DNA from: Bacteroidia bacterium
Lineage (GTDB): Bacteria; Bacteroidota; Bacteroidia; Bacteroidales; VadinHA17
Length of the DNA stretch: 24,292 nucleotides
Assembly: GCA_026391215.1 (NCBI GenBank)
Contig: JAPLDX010000009.1
Coordinates: forward strand, 1 to 24,292
Reading direction: 5' to 3'
The translations under genes were made by a program, and so were the position numbers. The notes under the pieces were generated by a model. The model ran no database searches. It had not been told where the DNA came from and was given only the letters and a program-made list of their open reading frames with translations. Shown one piece after another: positions 24,267 through 24,292 of this stretch (its first letter is position 1; every line of letters starts with the position of its first letter).

Positions 24267-24292
24267 TTTGCCACCGCACATTTAACTAATAA

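Overview
24.3-kb window from a Bacteroidales-like chromosome, judged from TAnnTTTG promoter boxes and gene content. It is mostly housekeeping and envelope genes: a YceI / DUF5777-like barrel / cytochrome c lipoprotein operon, NUDIX, pbpC plus alpha-2-macroglobulin, dnaG, cobB, ubiX, a pyridoxamine-oxidase-like gene, riboflavin synthase, rhodanese, ileS, UDP-glucuronate decarboxylase and dksA. The unusual part is intergenic. From about 11.1 kb onward most gaps hold structured repeats from distinct families. Family A consists of C-tract/G-tract arms paired as inverted ~110-bp doublets, and one pair of arms brackets an AT-rich DUF559 nuclease gene. Family B consists of 134-141-bp inverted doublets with swappable hairpin cassettes and a flipped core, and one copy overlaps the stop codon of a stand-alone GIY-YIG nuclease gene. 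The pattern resembles REPIN/RAYT systems but with non-transposase nucleases, and is the best candidate for an undescribed system. A pseudoknot-forming element and short tandem arrays at gene 3' ends are also present. All calls come from reading the sequence; no database searches were run.
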